Virus record (IMG/VR): IMGVR_UViG_3300042243_000008
Coordinates: 1 to 25,608 of that record
Length of the DNA: 25,608 bases
Strand: one strand, 5' to 3'
DNA from: a virus
Lineage: Duplodnaviria > Caudoviricetes
Position numbers and translations under genes: made by a program. Below the pieces are notes generated by a model. That model searched no databases. It worked only from the letters and a program-made list of their open reading frames with translations, and was not told the origin of the DNA. Positions 15,732-24,092 of this stretch are shown here, piece after piece. The stretch's first letter is position 1, and each line of letters starts with the position of its first letter.

Positions 15732-18382
15732 CGACACCGGGTGGTGTGCCCAACCTTCCGGTCGGGGCGCTGACGGTCGAAACCCTCGCCGAGCGGCTGC
15801 AGGATCAGTCCGCGGCGGCACACCGGGCGCGGGCCGCCGAGCGGATGCCCGGCGCGCTGCTGGGCAACTCCCATGGTGGCAACCCGCTCAGCGACCTGTC
15901 GCCGTTCGGGCTGATCTTGAAGATCTTCGCCGCGGTGTCCTCCCGCATCGCCACCGCGGACCCTGCTGACATTCAAGGCCCTTCGGATCTGCCGACGCTG
16001 TTCACCGATTTCATCGAGTCGCTGCCGATGGCCGGAACCGAAACCCTCGATTCGATCTACGCGAAGCTGTCGGAGCTGCGGGACCGGGCCGACGAGATGT
16101 TCAGCTCTCAGCTGGACATGCAGTTGGCCAACGCCGCCGCGGACGCCCTGGTGGATTGGAAGGCCCGCGCCGGCTCGAACTTGTTCCTCGATCCGGAATT
16201 CTCTGTGGAGTTGAAGCGGTTCCCGGTATCGGACCTGCAGACCTCCTCGTATTCTATTGGCGAGCAGCACCATTCGGGTTTGAAGTCGTGGAAGTGGTAC
16301 CACCACGCCGGGGTCGAGTGCGGCCTGAAACTCGCGCCGACGACGCGGATCAATCACTACCAGGTCGAAGCCGGTGAGATTTTCGCCCTCTGGGCGTGGG
16401 TCCACCCCGACGCCGCGAATGCGACGTCGCCGGGCAGCATCCGTATCGGCGGGACCCTGACCGACGAGTCGGGTGTGCTGCCCGACCAGGACATCTACGC
16501 CGACTTCCCGCTCAACGGGCCGGACATGGTCAAGGGGCAGTTCAACAAGATCACCGCGTCGGTGACTATCCCCGATGGTTATGACCGGGCGGTGTTCTGG
16601 GTCAAGTCGACTGCCAACGTGACGGCGAATTTGCTGTTCTTCATCGACAGCTGCGGGGTCCGCGAGAACACGGCGCCGGCCAAGGCGCAGGCGCAGGCCG
16701 ATTTCGCCTCCTTCGTCACCGATCTGAAGGCGCGCGCCGGCACGAATGCCTGCTTCGATCCGCGTTTCTCGCTGGGCCGGGCGGTGACCAGATTCCCGTT
16801 CAACGTGGCCCAGGACTTCGACTACACGCACGATCAGCACCTCACCGGCCTGTGGTCGTGGAAGTGGGTGCAGAAGACCAGCGCCGCCTGCGGTTTGGTG
16901 CTGGCGCCGACCCCGAAGTACGACAGCTACCAGGTCGCCGGGGGCGAGTCGTACTTCGTGAAGTCCATCCTGATGCCGGATGCGACCAACTCGACGGCCG
17001 GCGCGGTGCGGGTCGGCGCAACGCTGACCGACTCGACCGGAACCCTGTCGCCGATCGACATGTTCGTCGAGACGGCGTTGTCATCGGCCGACGCGGCTCG
17101 CGGCCAGTGGAATCCGCTTTCGTGCACGCTCACCGTCCCTGACGGCTTTGACACGGCGAAGTTCTGGGTGATCGCCACCTCGGCCACGGCCGCGAACAAC
17201 GTGTTCTACGTCGGTGCTATCTGCGTGCGGGAGACCACGCACCCCCAGTCGATCATCGACAAGATTCACGAGGCGATCCTGGGCGCCGTCCCATCGTCGC
17301 CGCAGCCGGTGGGCACGGTGGTCGACCGGTTTAAAGAGGCGTGGAGCAGTTTCTGGGACGGTCTGCATGGCAGTACCGGATCGACTGGGAAGTTGCCGTC
17401 GGATGTGCAGGTTGCTGCTGCCGCGGTGCGGTCGGCGGCTGCCACCGCGAGTACGAATGCGGCGACGGCGCAGGCGAGCGCCTCGACGGCGCAATCGACG
17501 GCGAACACTGCTGCTTCTGACCTGAGCAGTTCTCTCAACAACATGGCGGCAGGCCTGTTGGGCGGTGCGCAGACGGCCACCCCATTGACGATCAAGGACA
17601 AAGTCCTGGCGGCGTGGGCTCAGCTGTTCGACGGGTTGAACGGCTCGTCGGGGTCTTCCGCGCGGCTGATCACTGAGGTGGGAACTGCTGCTTCGGCGGT
17701 GAGGTCGACAGCGAGTATGGCGAGTACGAATGCGGCGACGGCGCAGGCGAGCGCCTCGACGGCGCAGACTGCGGCGTCGGGAGCGCAGTCGGCGATTGTG
17801 GCGACCAACACCGCTCTGTATGGGGGTTCATCGGCGGGGTCGACGATCCTCCCGGCGGCGTTGCCAACGAAGCTTCAGACGCTCGGCTCGGGCTTCGTGA
17901 TGCGCAAGACCAGCGGAACAATCAGTGTGTCGTGCAGTGCAAACACGGCGACGGGCATCCGGTTCAAAACCTCGGACTACGACGCGTCTGCATCCAACAC
18001 CGGCGATTACACGGTGTCGAGTGATGGCAGCGGAAGGCTTCTGGTCACGGCGACGGTGGCCGGCTGGTACATGGTTGAGGTTGCGTTCGGGATCAAGCAG
18101 ACCGCGCGGGCGGTCGGGTATCGGATTGCGGCGGCGGTCTACAAGAACTCCGGCAACATGCACAAGGTCGGGTCGACGGTCGACTACTTCGGATCGCTCT
18201 CTGCGCAAATACCTTTCGCCTGCCAGGGGGCGTTCATTGTCTACCTCGACGGCTCCGAGTATGTGTCTCCGGGGGCGTTGCTGTACAGCCAGTCCACGAT
18301 CAGCAACTTGGACATCATTGGCACGAATTTCGGTGCGGATACCTATTTTTCGGTGTCGCTTCTGAACAGAAGTCTTGCCTAG
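15728..18382 (+). CDS. Minor tail or receptor-binding protein: two carbohydrate-binding-like domains, helical repeats, C-terminal C1q-like domain
   Basis: MTTPGGVPNLPVGALT start; duplicated KARAG.N...DP.F units; C-terminus AGWYMVEV...AVYKN...IVYLDGSEYVSPG...TYFSVSLL. Confidence 0.85.
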   Translation: MTTPGGVPNLPVGALTVETLAERLQDQSAAAHRARAAERMPGALLGNSHGGNPLSDLSPFGLILKIFAAVSSRIATADPADIQGPSDLPTLFTDFIESLPMAGTETLDSIYAKLSELRDRADEMFSSQLDMQLANAAADALVDWKARAGSNLFLDPEFSVELKRFPVSDLQTSSYSIGEQHHSGLKSWKWYHHAGVECGLKLAPTTRINHYQVEAGEIFALWAWVHPDAANATSPGSIRIGGTLTDESGVLPDQDIYADFPLNGPDMVKGQFNKITASVTIPDGYDRAVFWVKSTANVTANLLFFIDSCGVRENTAPAKAQAQADFASFVTDLKARAGTNACFDPRFSLGRAVTRFPFNVAQDFDYTHDQHLTGLWSWKWVQKTSAACGLVLAPTPKYDSYQVAGGESYFVKSILMPDATNSTAGAVRVGATLTDSTGTLSPIDMFVETALSSADAARGQWNPLSCTLTVPDGFDTAKFWVIATSATAANNVFYVGAICVRETTHPQSIIDKIHEAILGAVPSSPQPVGTVVDRFKEAWSSFWDGLHGSTGSTGKLPSDVQVAAAAVRSAAATASTNAATAQASASTAQSTANTAASDLSSSLNNMAAGLLGGAQTATPLTIKDKVLAAWAQLFDGLNGSSGSSARLITEVGTAASAVRSTASMASTNAATAQASASTAQTAASGAQSAIVATNTALYGGSSAGSTILPAALPTKLQTLGSGFVMRKTSGTISVSCSANTATGIRFKTSDYDASASNTGDYTVSSDGSGRLLVTATVAGWYMVEVAFGIKQTARAVGYRIAAAVYKNSGNMHKVGSTVDYFGSLSAQIPFACQGAFIVYLDGSEYVSPGALLYSQSTISNLDIIGTNFGADTYFSVSLLNRSLA
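17447..17766 (+). repeat. Exact 47-bp direct repeat (17447-17493 and 17720-17766) within a 91-aa repeat
   Basis: gcgagtacgaatgcggcgacggcgcaggcgagcgcctcgacggcgca occurs twice, 273 bp apart. Confidence 0.93.
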
Positions 18383-18398
18383 GAAAGGGGATTCATTG

Positions 18399-18608
18399 AT
18401 GGCTGGGGAGTATCTGACATACGCGGCGAAGCGCGATCCGGCGACGGGGCACATTGCGATGCGCACCAAGTTCCCCGAGGACGAGTTCCCGCAGCTGGCG
18501 TGGCTGGTGGTGACCGATGATGCCTGCCACCCGGCGAAGACGGCCGATGTTGACTCATGGGATGACCTACCTGATTGGACGCCGCCCGCGCCTGAGGGTG
18601 AGGGCTGA
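18399..18608 (+). CDS. Small acidic tail-associated protein (possible fibre chaperone)
   Basis: RBS-like AAAGGGG before ATG 18399; KRDPATGHIAMRT...VDSWDDL; TGATG overlap with the next gene. Confidence 0.7.
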   Translation: MAGEYLTYAAKRDPATGHIAMRTKFPEDEFPQLAWLVVTDDACHPAKTADVDSWDDLPDWTPPAPEGEG

Positions 18609-20791
18609 TGTCCAATCTCTTTTCCCCGCCTCCGACAGCGGAGTTGCCTCTGTCGTTGAGCCGGGATTTGATCGTTGTGTTCCGCAACAAGGTTACCGGC
18701 TCGGATCCGGTTGAGTACGTGGACTTTCCGCCCGATGTCACTGTCAAGGTGGTGATCGGTAAGAAGGCTGCGGAGATCACGTCGACGGGTTCGGTGTCGG
18801 GGCATGATGCGACGTGCCGGATTGAGTCGGAGCTGACTGACACGGTGCGTGCGGGTGCTCCGTGGCGTGTTGTCGTCTCTCAGGACAATGACACCAGTGT
18901 GGATGATGATGTCCCGTTGAATGGCCTGGTGGCGCGCTATGACGGTGCCACTGTGGTGCCGGCTGGTGCTGGTGGCGGGTTGTCGATGGACATCGAGTTG
19001 TCGGCGACGTTTGCCGGTGTGGCGATGGCCGTGGTTCGTGGTGCTGTGGGTGACACGGGTGCGACGGGGAACACGGGCGCCACGGGTGCGGTCGGGGCCA
19101 CGGGTGCCACTGGAAACACGGGTGCGGTCGGTCCCACGGGTGCGTCCTTCACTTGGCGGGGTCCATGGGATGAAACCCAGAGCACCGACTACTTCTCCAA
19201 TGATGTTGTGTCGCGGTCTGGTTCGACGTTCGTGTGCACGGTGGATCACACGGTGGGCGATCCGCTGCTGTTCCCTGCCCGTTGGTCGCTGTGGGCATCC
19301 GTCGGCGCTACCGGAGACACGGGCGCAGTCGGCGCGACAGGTGCGCAGGGGATTACCGGCGCGACCGGTGCGGTCGGCGGAACGGGTGCCGTCGGTCCCA
19401 CGGGCGCGGTCGGAAACACCGGCGCGGTCGGAAACACCGGCGCGACCGGAAACACCGGCGCGGTCGGCAACACTGGCGCGGTCGGAAGTACCGGGAACAC
19501 CGGAGCCACCGGGAACACCGGGAACACGGGTGCCACGGGTCCCGCGGGTGCCTCCGCCCCCGCCGGCCTGCTCCCAGGTCCGGTGATTGCGTCTCGGTCG
19601 CTGGTTGCATCTGATGTGCAGACCGATGCGGGGATGTTCTCCCGCACCCGCCACACGGTCCAGTTCGCGGCTGCGGATCTGCGAATTGTGTACGGCAACT
19701 ACAACATTGGGACTGGTGACCAGTTCCCCGCCAACTCGATCAAAGTAAAGGCGTCATTCGAGTATCCAAAGGGAACCTATTTCCCGGTCCAGTTCGCGGC
19801 TGCGGATTCTGATGGCTGGGTGACGATCCGGCCTGGTGGGTTCGCGGTGTCGATGCCGTTGTCGATCGACGTGGCGGCGGGCGACGTGCTGTTCGCGAAT
19901 TCCAACGTGATCCCGCTCAGCGGCGGCTCCTATCCAGTCGCGAAGTTCGCCAGCATTGGGAACACGGACTGGGAGTACCGGGTGCCCAATACCACCGTCG
20001 ACTACACGTCGGCGCTGCCAGCCGGGGGAATCAACACGAACGGCAACTTTTACGCCCCGCACGCCATCTGTGGGATGCCAAAAGGACTGACCGGGAAGCG
20101 TCCACCGCAGGTGTTCGTGTGGGGCGATTCCATCGCCGAGGGAAGCGGCGATAGCGGCGCACCACCGTGGGGCACCTATGACCAGGGGTGGATTCGCCGG
20201 GGCCTGAACAATCAAATCCCCTACGTCTGGGCTGCCAGATCCGGCACCGGCGTCCTCAACTTCAACGCCAACGCCAAGCGGCGAGGCACCGCCACGCTGA
20301 TGGCCGGATGCACTCACGCGATCGAAGCGTTCGGGGCAAACGACCTCGGCGTCACCACCCTCGCGACCTACCAGGCCACGCGGCTCGACTTGTGGAATCT
20401 GATGGCCAGCAGGGGAATCAAGGTGTTCGCCACCACCGTCACGCCGCGCACCGACTCGACGGACTCGTGGGCAACGACGACGAACCAGACGACGAAAGCA
20501 TGGGAGTCGAGCCGGGTGACGTTCAACGACTGGCTGCGCGGCGGCGCGCCCCTCGTAGCCGGTGCGCCGGTGGCAGTCGGCACCACTGATGCCGTGATCG
20601 CCGGGCAGGCGGGACATCCCCTGTTCGGCTGTATCGACACCGCCGATGCAGTGGAATCCGCACGCAACAGCGGATTTTGGCGGGTCAACGGGTCCGCGAA
20701 CTATGCGACCGCCGACGGGCTGCATCCCTCGCCCGCCGCGCACCTGCTCATGGCGGCGACCGTGCCGCTGGCTGCGTTCGTCCCGGCATGA
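18608..20791 (+). CDS. Collagen-like tail fibre protein with C-terminal SGNH/GDSL hydrolase
   Basis: Gly-X-Y blocks flank a WRGPW...NDVVSRSGSTFVC module; SGNH blocks WGDSIAEG, ARSG, FGANDL, DGLHP. Confidence 0.88.
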   Translation: MSNLFSPPPTAELPLSLSRDLIVVFRNKVTGSDPVEYVDFPPDVTVKVVIGKKAAEITSTGSVSGHDATCRIESELTDTVRAGAPWRVVVSQDNDTSVDDDVPLNGLVARYDGATVVPAGAGGGLSMDIELSATFAGVAMAVVRGAVGDTGATGNTGATGAVGATGATGNTGAVGPTGASFTWRGPWDETQSTDYFSNDVVSRSGSTFVCTVDHTVGDPLLFPARWSLWASVGATGDTGAVGATGAQGITGATGAVGGTGAVGPTGAVGNTGAVGNTGATGNTGAVGNTGAVGSTGNTGATGNTGNTGATGPAGASAPAGLLPGPVIASRSLVASDVQTDAGMFSRTRHTVQFAAADLRIVYGNYNIGTGDQFPANSIKVKASFEYPKGTYFPVQFAAADSDGWVTIRPGGFAVSMPLSIDVAAGDVLFANSNVIPLSGGSYPVAKFASIGNTDWEYRVPNTTVDYTSALPAGGINTNGNFYAPHAICGMPKGLTGKRPPQVFVWGDSIAEGSGDSGAPPWGTYDQGWIRRGLNNQIPYVWAARSGTGVLNFNANAKRRGTATLMAGCTHAIEAFGANDLGVTTLATYQATRLDLWNLMASRGIKVFATTVTPRTDSTDSWATTTNQTTKAWESSRVTFNDWLRGGAPLVAGAPVAVGTTDAVIAGQAGHPLFGCIDTADAVESARNSGFWRVNGSANYATADGLHPSPAAHLLMAATVPLAAFVPA
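19040..19555 (+). repeat. Collagen-like Gly-X-Y repeats: 12 triplets (19040-19147) and 28 triplets (19304-19555)
   Basis: GAT/GNT/GAV/GPT triplets read directly from the translation. Confidence 0.95.
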
Positions 20792-20884
20792 GTAGCCAAC
20801 GCCATCGGGCAACTGATCTCGGCGGCAGGGCAGATGCTCGCCACCGTCACCACCGACCCGCCCGTCGTCGACCCGCCCGCATGA
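20792..20884 (+). pseudogene. Probable 3' gene remnant (30 codons) in frame after the SGNH gene stop
   Basis: VANAIGQLISAAGQMLATVTTDPPVVDPPA* with mostly G/C third positions; its stop overlaps the ATG at 20881; no start at its 5' end. Confidence 0.4.
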
Positions 20885-20985
20885 CGCGTCTCACCCTCGC
20901 AGCCCTACTCGCAGCCGTCCTGATGGGCGGCTTTTTCGTGGCCGCCACACAGGCAGTCGCGGGGGAGACCTGGCCGCAATGGTGA
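20881..20985 (+). CDS. Small hydrophobic peptide (34 aa) upstream of Lysin A
   Basis: MTRLTLAALLAAVLMGGFFVAATQAVAGETWPQW; overlaps the lysA start. Confidence 0.5.
   Translation: MTRLTLAALLAAVLMGGFFVAATQAVAGETWPQW
20913..20936 (+). terminator. Intrinsic terminator-like hairpin before the lysis cassette
   Basis: AGCCGTCC-tgat-GGGCGGCT-TTTT. Confidence 0.55.
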
Positions 20986-22199
20986 CCTACGGACTGCCCG
21001 CCGGGGCGAACATCACCTACGGCTCACCCGGCTTCCCTGCGTGGGTCTACCAGCTCGGCGCCGCGTTCAACCTTCAGGCCTCCACCTACCCCGGGCACCA
21101 GGAGAGCGAGCGCGCCGAAGCCGGTTTCACCCCGAACCCGCAGCACCTCAACCGGGGCATCGACTGGACCGGCACAGTGCCGAACATGCAGCGATTCGCC
21201 GAATACCTGCTCGGCGTCAAAGGCGCACTGGAGCAGGTGATCTGGCAGAACCCGAATACCGGGCAGCGGGTGGGAGTTGCGGGCGGCGATGACGTCACCA
21301 ACACCCCGTACTACCAACAGGATTTCGGCGATCACACCGATCACGTTCACACGCGGCAAGCCGCACCGATACCGATGCCGGGAGGTTCCACCATGCCCGC
21401 CGAAGCCCCGCGACCCGATTTCAACGAGTACCCCGTGTGGAGTCCATCCAACCAGGACCGCGGCGGAACCAAGATCGACCTGTTCCTCCTGCACACCCAG
21501 GAAGGCCCCGGTAACGCCGACAGCCTGGCGCAGTTCCTCGGCAACCCGGCCAACTCCGTGAGCTACCACTACACGGTTTCTGAAGACCCGAACGACCACG
21601 GTGTCACCGTGTGTGACGTCGTCGACACCGACCTCGCATCATGGTCAGTGCTGAGCGCGAACAACCGAAGCATCAACCTGTGCTTCGCCGGGTCGTCGGC
21701 GAATTGGACTCGGACGCAATGGCTTGCGCAGTCCCGCGCGATCGACGTCGCCGCCTACCTGGCCGTGCAGGACTGCCGCAAGTACGGCATCCCGCTGACC
21801 GTGATCGCCCCGCCCTACACCGCTGGGCGCGCGGGGATCTCCGACCACAACTACGTCACCAAGGTCCTCGGCGACGGCACCCACACAGACGTCGGCCCCC
21901 ACTTCCCGTGGGACGTGTTCGCCGCGCGGGTCGCCTTCTGGGCCAATCCCGCCGCGCCGGCCCCGGCTCCGAAGCCAGCACCAGCACCAGCTCCCACACC
22001 CATTCCCGCACCGGCGCCCGTGCCTGCCGCGAAGGACCGCACCGAGTTGGAGTGGCTGGCGTTCCTCGGCGACCAACCCTCGTTGACCCGGGTGCTCACC
22101 CTCGCCCGCGGCGGTGACACCCGCGCGCTGCTCGTCCTCGCACGCATCGAGGCAGCCAACCCGGCTGCCCTGCAACAGTTCAACGGAAAGGCCGCATGA
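20979..22199 (+). CDS. lysA: Lysin A (N-terminal putative Zn-peptidase, Amidase_2 domain, Pro/Ala linker, C-terminal domain)
   Basis: STYPGH...RGIDW...DHVH peptidase-like motif; amidase motifs LLHTQEG, SYHY, NNRSINLCFAG, ISDH, HTDVG. Confidence 0.92.
   Translation: MVTYGLPAGANITYGSPGFPAWVYQLGAAFNLQASTYPGHQESERAEAGFTPNPQHLNRGIDWTGTVPNMQRFAEYLLGVKGALEQVIWQNPNTGQRVGVAGGDDVTNTPYYQQDFGDHTDHVHTRQAAPIPMPGGSTMPAEAPRPDFNEYPVWSPSNQDRGGTKIDLFLLHTQEGPGNADSLAQFLGNPANSVSYHYTVSEDPNDHGVTVCDVVDTDLASWSVLSANNRSINLCFAGSSANWTRTQWLAQSRAIDVAAYLAVQDCRKYGIPLTVIAPPYTAGRAGISDHNYVTKVLGDGTHTDVGPHFPWDVFAARVAFWANPAAPAPAPKPAPAPAPTPIPAPAPVPAAKDRTELEWLAFLGDQPSLTRVLTLARGGDTRALLVLARIEAANPAALQQFNGKAA
21381..21395 (+). promoter_or_regulatory. 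Internal in-frame translation start in lysA (GGAGG + 7 nt + ATG 21393)
   Basis: ggaggttccaccATG lies exactly at the peptidase/amidase domain boundary. Confidence 0.6.
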
Positions 22200-22591
22200 T
22201 GTCCCCGAAATTCCGCCAGACCCTCTACGCGCTGGGAACGGTTGCGTTCGCCATCCTGACCGTCCTGTCGACGGTGCACCTCATCGACCCGAACGTGGCC
22301 GCGAGCGTGTCCGCGGCGATCACCGCCATCCTCGGAGTCTTCGGTGTCTCCATCTCCGGGGTTGCCGCCTACCAGGTCACCAAGCAGACGAAAAACGGTG
22401 CGTTCGACGAGGTGTCACCCGAGGATCAGGTCGTCAACGGCCTCAATGGCGTGGTCGCGGCGAAGGCTGCCGCCGATGCCGCAGTGGACAAGGTCAAGGA
22501 CGCCCTGGGTAACGCGGTGTCGCAGGTTCCGGTGCTGGGCCCGGTCCTCGGTCCGCTGGCACAGCAGGCGCTCAACAACCTGCCCCGGTGA
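22196..22591 (+). CDS. Holin (2 TM)
   Basis: MSPKFRQTLYALGT start, two hydrophobic segments, C-terminal VPVLGPLAQQ-type motif; directly after lysA. Confidence 0.85.
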   Translation: MMSPKFRQTLYALGTVAFAILTVLSTVHLIDPNVAASVSAAITAILGVFGVSISGVAAYQVTKQTKNGAFDEVSPEDQVVNGLNGVVAAKAAADAAVDKVKDALGNAVSQVPVLGPVLGPLAQQALNNLPR

Positions 22592-23169
22592 CCACTGTCC
22601 TGACGGTCAGCGCGCTCGATCTGGGCATCGACAAAGCCGTCAACTACATGGGCCGGGTCTGCCGCCGATTCGCGACGACCGGTGGCCGGCATCAGGTCCA
22701 GGTCCGCTACCCGGCGATGCTGGACCCATCCGGCGACAACCCGGGCGGGTCGATCCAGACCGGCGCGCGGAACCTCGACCGGCTGATCCGCTCAACCACC
22801 GGCCCCAAAATCGTCCTGGGCTACAGCCAGGGTGCGCAGGTTTGTGGTGCGTGGATGCGCCGGTATGCCTACCTGTTCGACGCCCCCGATCATCGGGAGT
22901 TGTCATTCATCCTCATCGGAAACCCGGAACGCCGCTACGGACAGCAACCCTGGACGGCCAAGCAGACACCGGACGACACCCGGTATGCGGTGCGGGATGT
23001 GGCGCGCCGCAGCGACAACTGGGCCGACTGGCACGGACAACCGACCGACAACCGGTTCCTCGCGATGTTCGGCAAGATCCACACCAACTACTGGGACACC
23101 GACATCTACGACCCGGCCGCCGAAGTCGTCAAGGTGGCCGGAAACACGACGTACGTGGTCGTCCCGTGA
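22588..23169 (+). CDS. PE-PPE/cutinase-like serine hydrolase (Lysin B-like position)
   Basis: VLGYSQGA nucleophile elbow, LSFILIGNP, DNWADW, IHTNY. Confidence 0.8.
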   Translation: MTTVLTVSALDLGIDKAVNYMGRVCRRFATTGGRHQVQVRYPAMLDPSGDNPGGSIQTGARNLDRLIRSTTGPKIVLGYSQGAQVCGAWMRRYAYLFDAPDHRELSFILIGNPERRYGQQPWTAKQTPDDTRYAVRDVARRSDNWADWHGQPTDNRFLAMFGKIHTNYWDTDIYDPAAEVVKVAGNTTYVVVP

Positions 23170-23654
23170 CCCCAGCTGTCGGTTGGCTCCCCGCCCCCAA
23201 CGCCACATACCGACGGGTGTCATTCCAGCCCATCCTGTTTCTGTTCCTGTGGTCCGCGGCGCTGCGAATCACCATCTCCGACGCGCTGCCGCCGATCCAA
23301 TTCGAGGTGCTGCTGGATCCTCATGGCGTGCAGATCTGGACGATCACCGCGCTGATCTGCCCGCCACTGGCAATGCTGGCCTGGTGGCTGGTCACCCACT
23401 GCCGCCTATCCCGAGCTTCGCTGGCCGGACTATGGCTGCGACTGGGCGCCGACCTGGGACAGTTCGCCGTGGTGCTGACTTACCACCTCGTCGGCGTGAT
23501 GACCTTCAGCCGGCAGGCGCGCGAGGATGTGCTCTACAGCCGCTACATCATCGCCGCCGTGGTGGTGTTCCTCGCGGCCATACTGGTCCGCGACATCCGG
23601 GCGCTGGCCATGGTGGAGAGGATCGCCAAAGGGATCCGCGGCGATGACCGATAA
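23166..23654 (+). CDS. Membrane protein (about 4 TM), lysis-cassette associated
   Basis: GTGA overlap; four hydrophobic segments; 3' part of track ORF 22344..23654. Confidence 0.78.
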   Translation: MTPAVGWLPAPNATYRRVSFQPILFLFLWSAALRITISDALPPIQFEVLLDPHGVQIWTITALICPPLAMLAWWLVTHCRLSRASLAGLWLRLGADLGQFAVVLTYHLVGVMTFSRQAREDVLYSRYIIAAVVVFLAAILVRDIRALAMVERIAKGIRGDDR

Positions 23655-23871
23655 GGACGGGATTACCGCACTCATCACAGGCGGACTCGGTGCCACACTC
23701 GGCGGAATCATCACCGCCATCGTGCAAGTGGTGTCACGGCGCAGTGAAAGCCGCGCCACCGCCGCTGACCTCGTCACCCGGGCGGCCAGTAATCTCGTCG
23801 ACCGACTGGAGAAGGAGAACGCCGAACTGCGGGCTCGAATATCGCGGCTGGAAAAGCGCAACGATGACTGA
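23644..23871 (+). CDS. 1-TM plus coiled-coil protein, lysis-cassette associated
   Basis: ALITGGLGATLGGIITAIVQVV TM segment, then RLEKENAELRARISRLE. Confidence 0.78.
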   Translation: MTDKDGITALITGGLGATLGGIITAIVQVVSRRSESRATAADLVTRAASNLVDRLEKENAELRARISRLEKRNDD

Positions 23872-23998
23872 GGGGCGCCTGACACACCTGCTGATGCAGT
23901 CCCGCCAGCTCACTGAGAACCGTCCAGAATTGGATCTGGCCCGCCACTTCATCGACGCCGCCATCAGGATCGTCCGCACGGTGCATCGTGATCGGTGA
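23864..23998 (+). CDS. Small hypothetical protein (44 aa)
   Basis: ATG overlaps the upstream gene end; helical sequence; no recognisable motif. Confidence 0.4.
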   Translation: MTEGRLTHLLMQSRQLTENRPELDLARHFIDAAIRIVRTVHRDR

Positions 23999-24021
23999 CA
24001 TCCGCGCGGCGATAAACGGTA

Positions 24022-24049
24022 TTGACAATCCCTAAACCAGGCGTAGAGT
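24022..24049 (+). promoter_or_regulatory. SigA-type promoter TTGACA-N16-TAGAGT flanked by AACGGTAT direct repeats
   Basis: Perfect -35 at 24022-24027, TANNNT at 24044-24049; AACGGTAT at 24015-24022 and 24051-24058; locally AT-rich. Confidence 0.75.
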
Positions 24050-24092
24050 TAACGGTATCGGAAACACCGAGAACCTGACCAAAGGGAACGCC

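Noticed and set aside
19040-19555. Gly-rich repeats as a PE_PGRS fragment
   Set aside because: Strict Gly-X-Y periodicity (collagen-like), not GGAGG/GGNGG, and no PE domain.
22344-23165. 436-aa ORF 22344..23654 as one gene
   Set aside because: The 5' part overlaps the holin and hydrolase in other frames; only the part from GTG 23166 looks like a real membrane protein.
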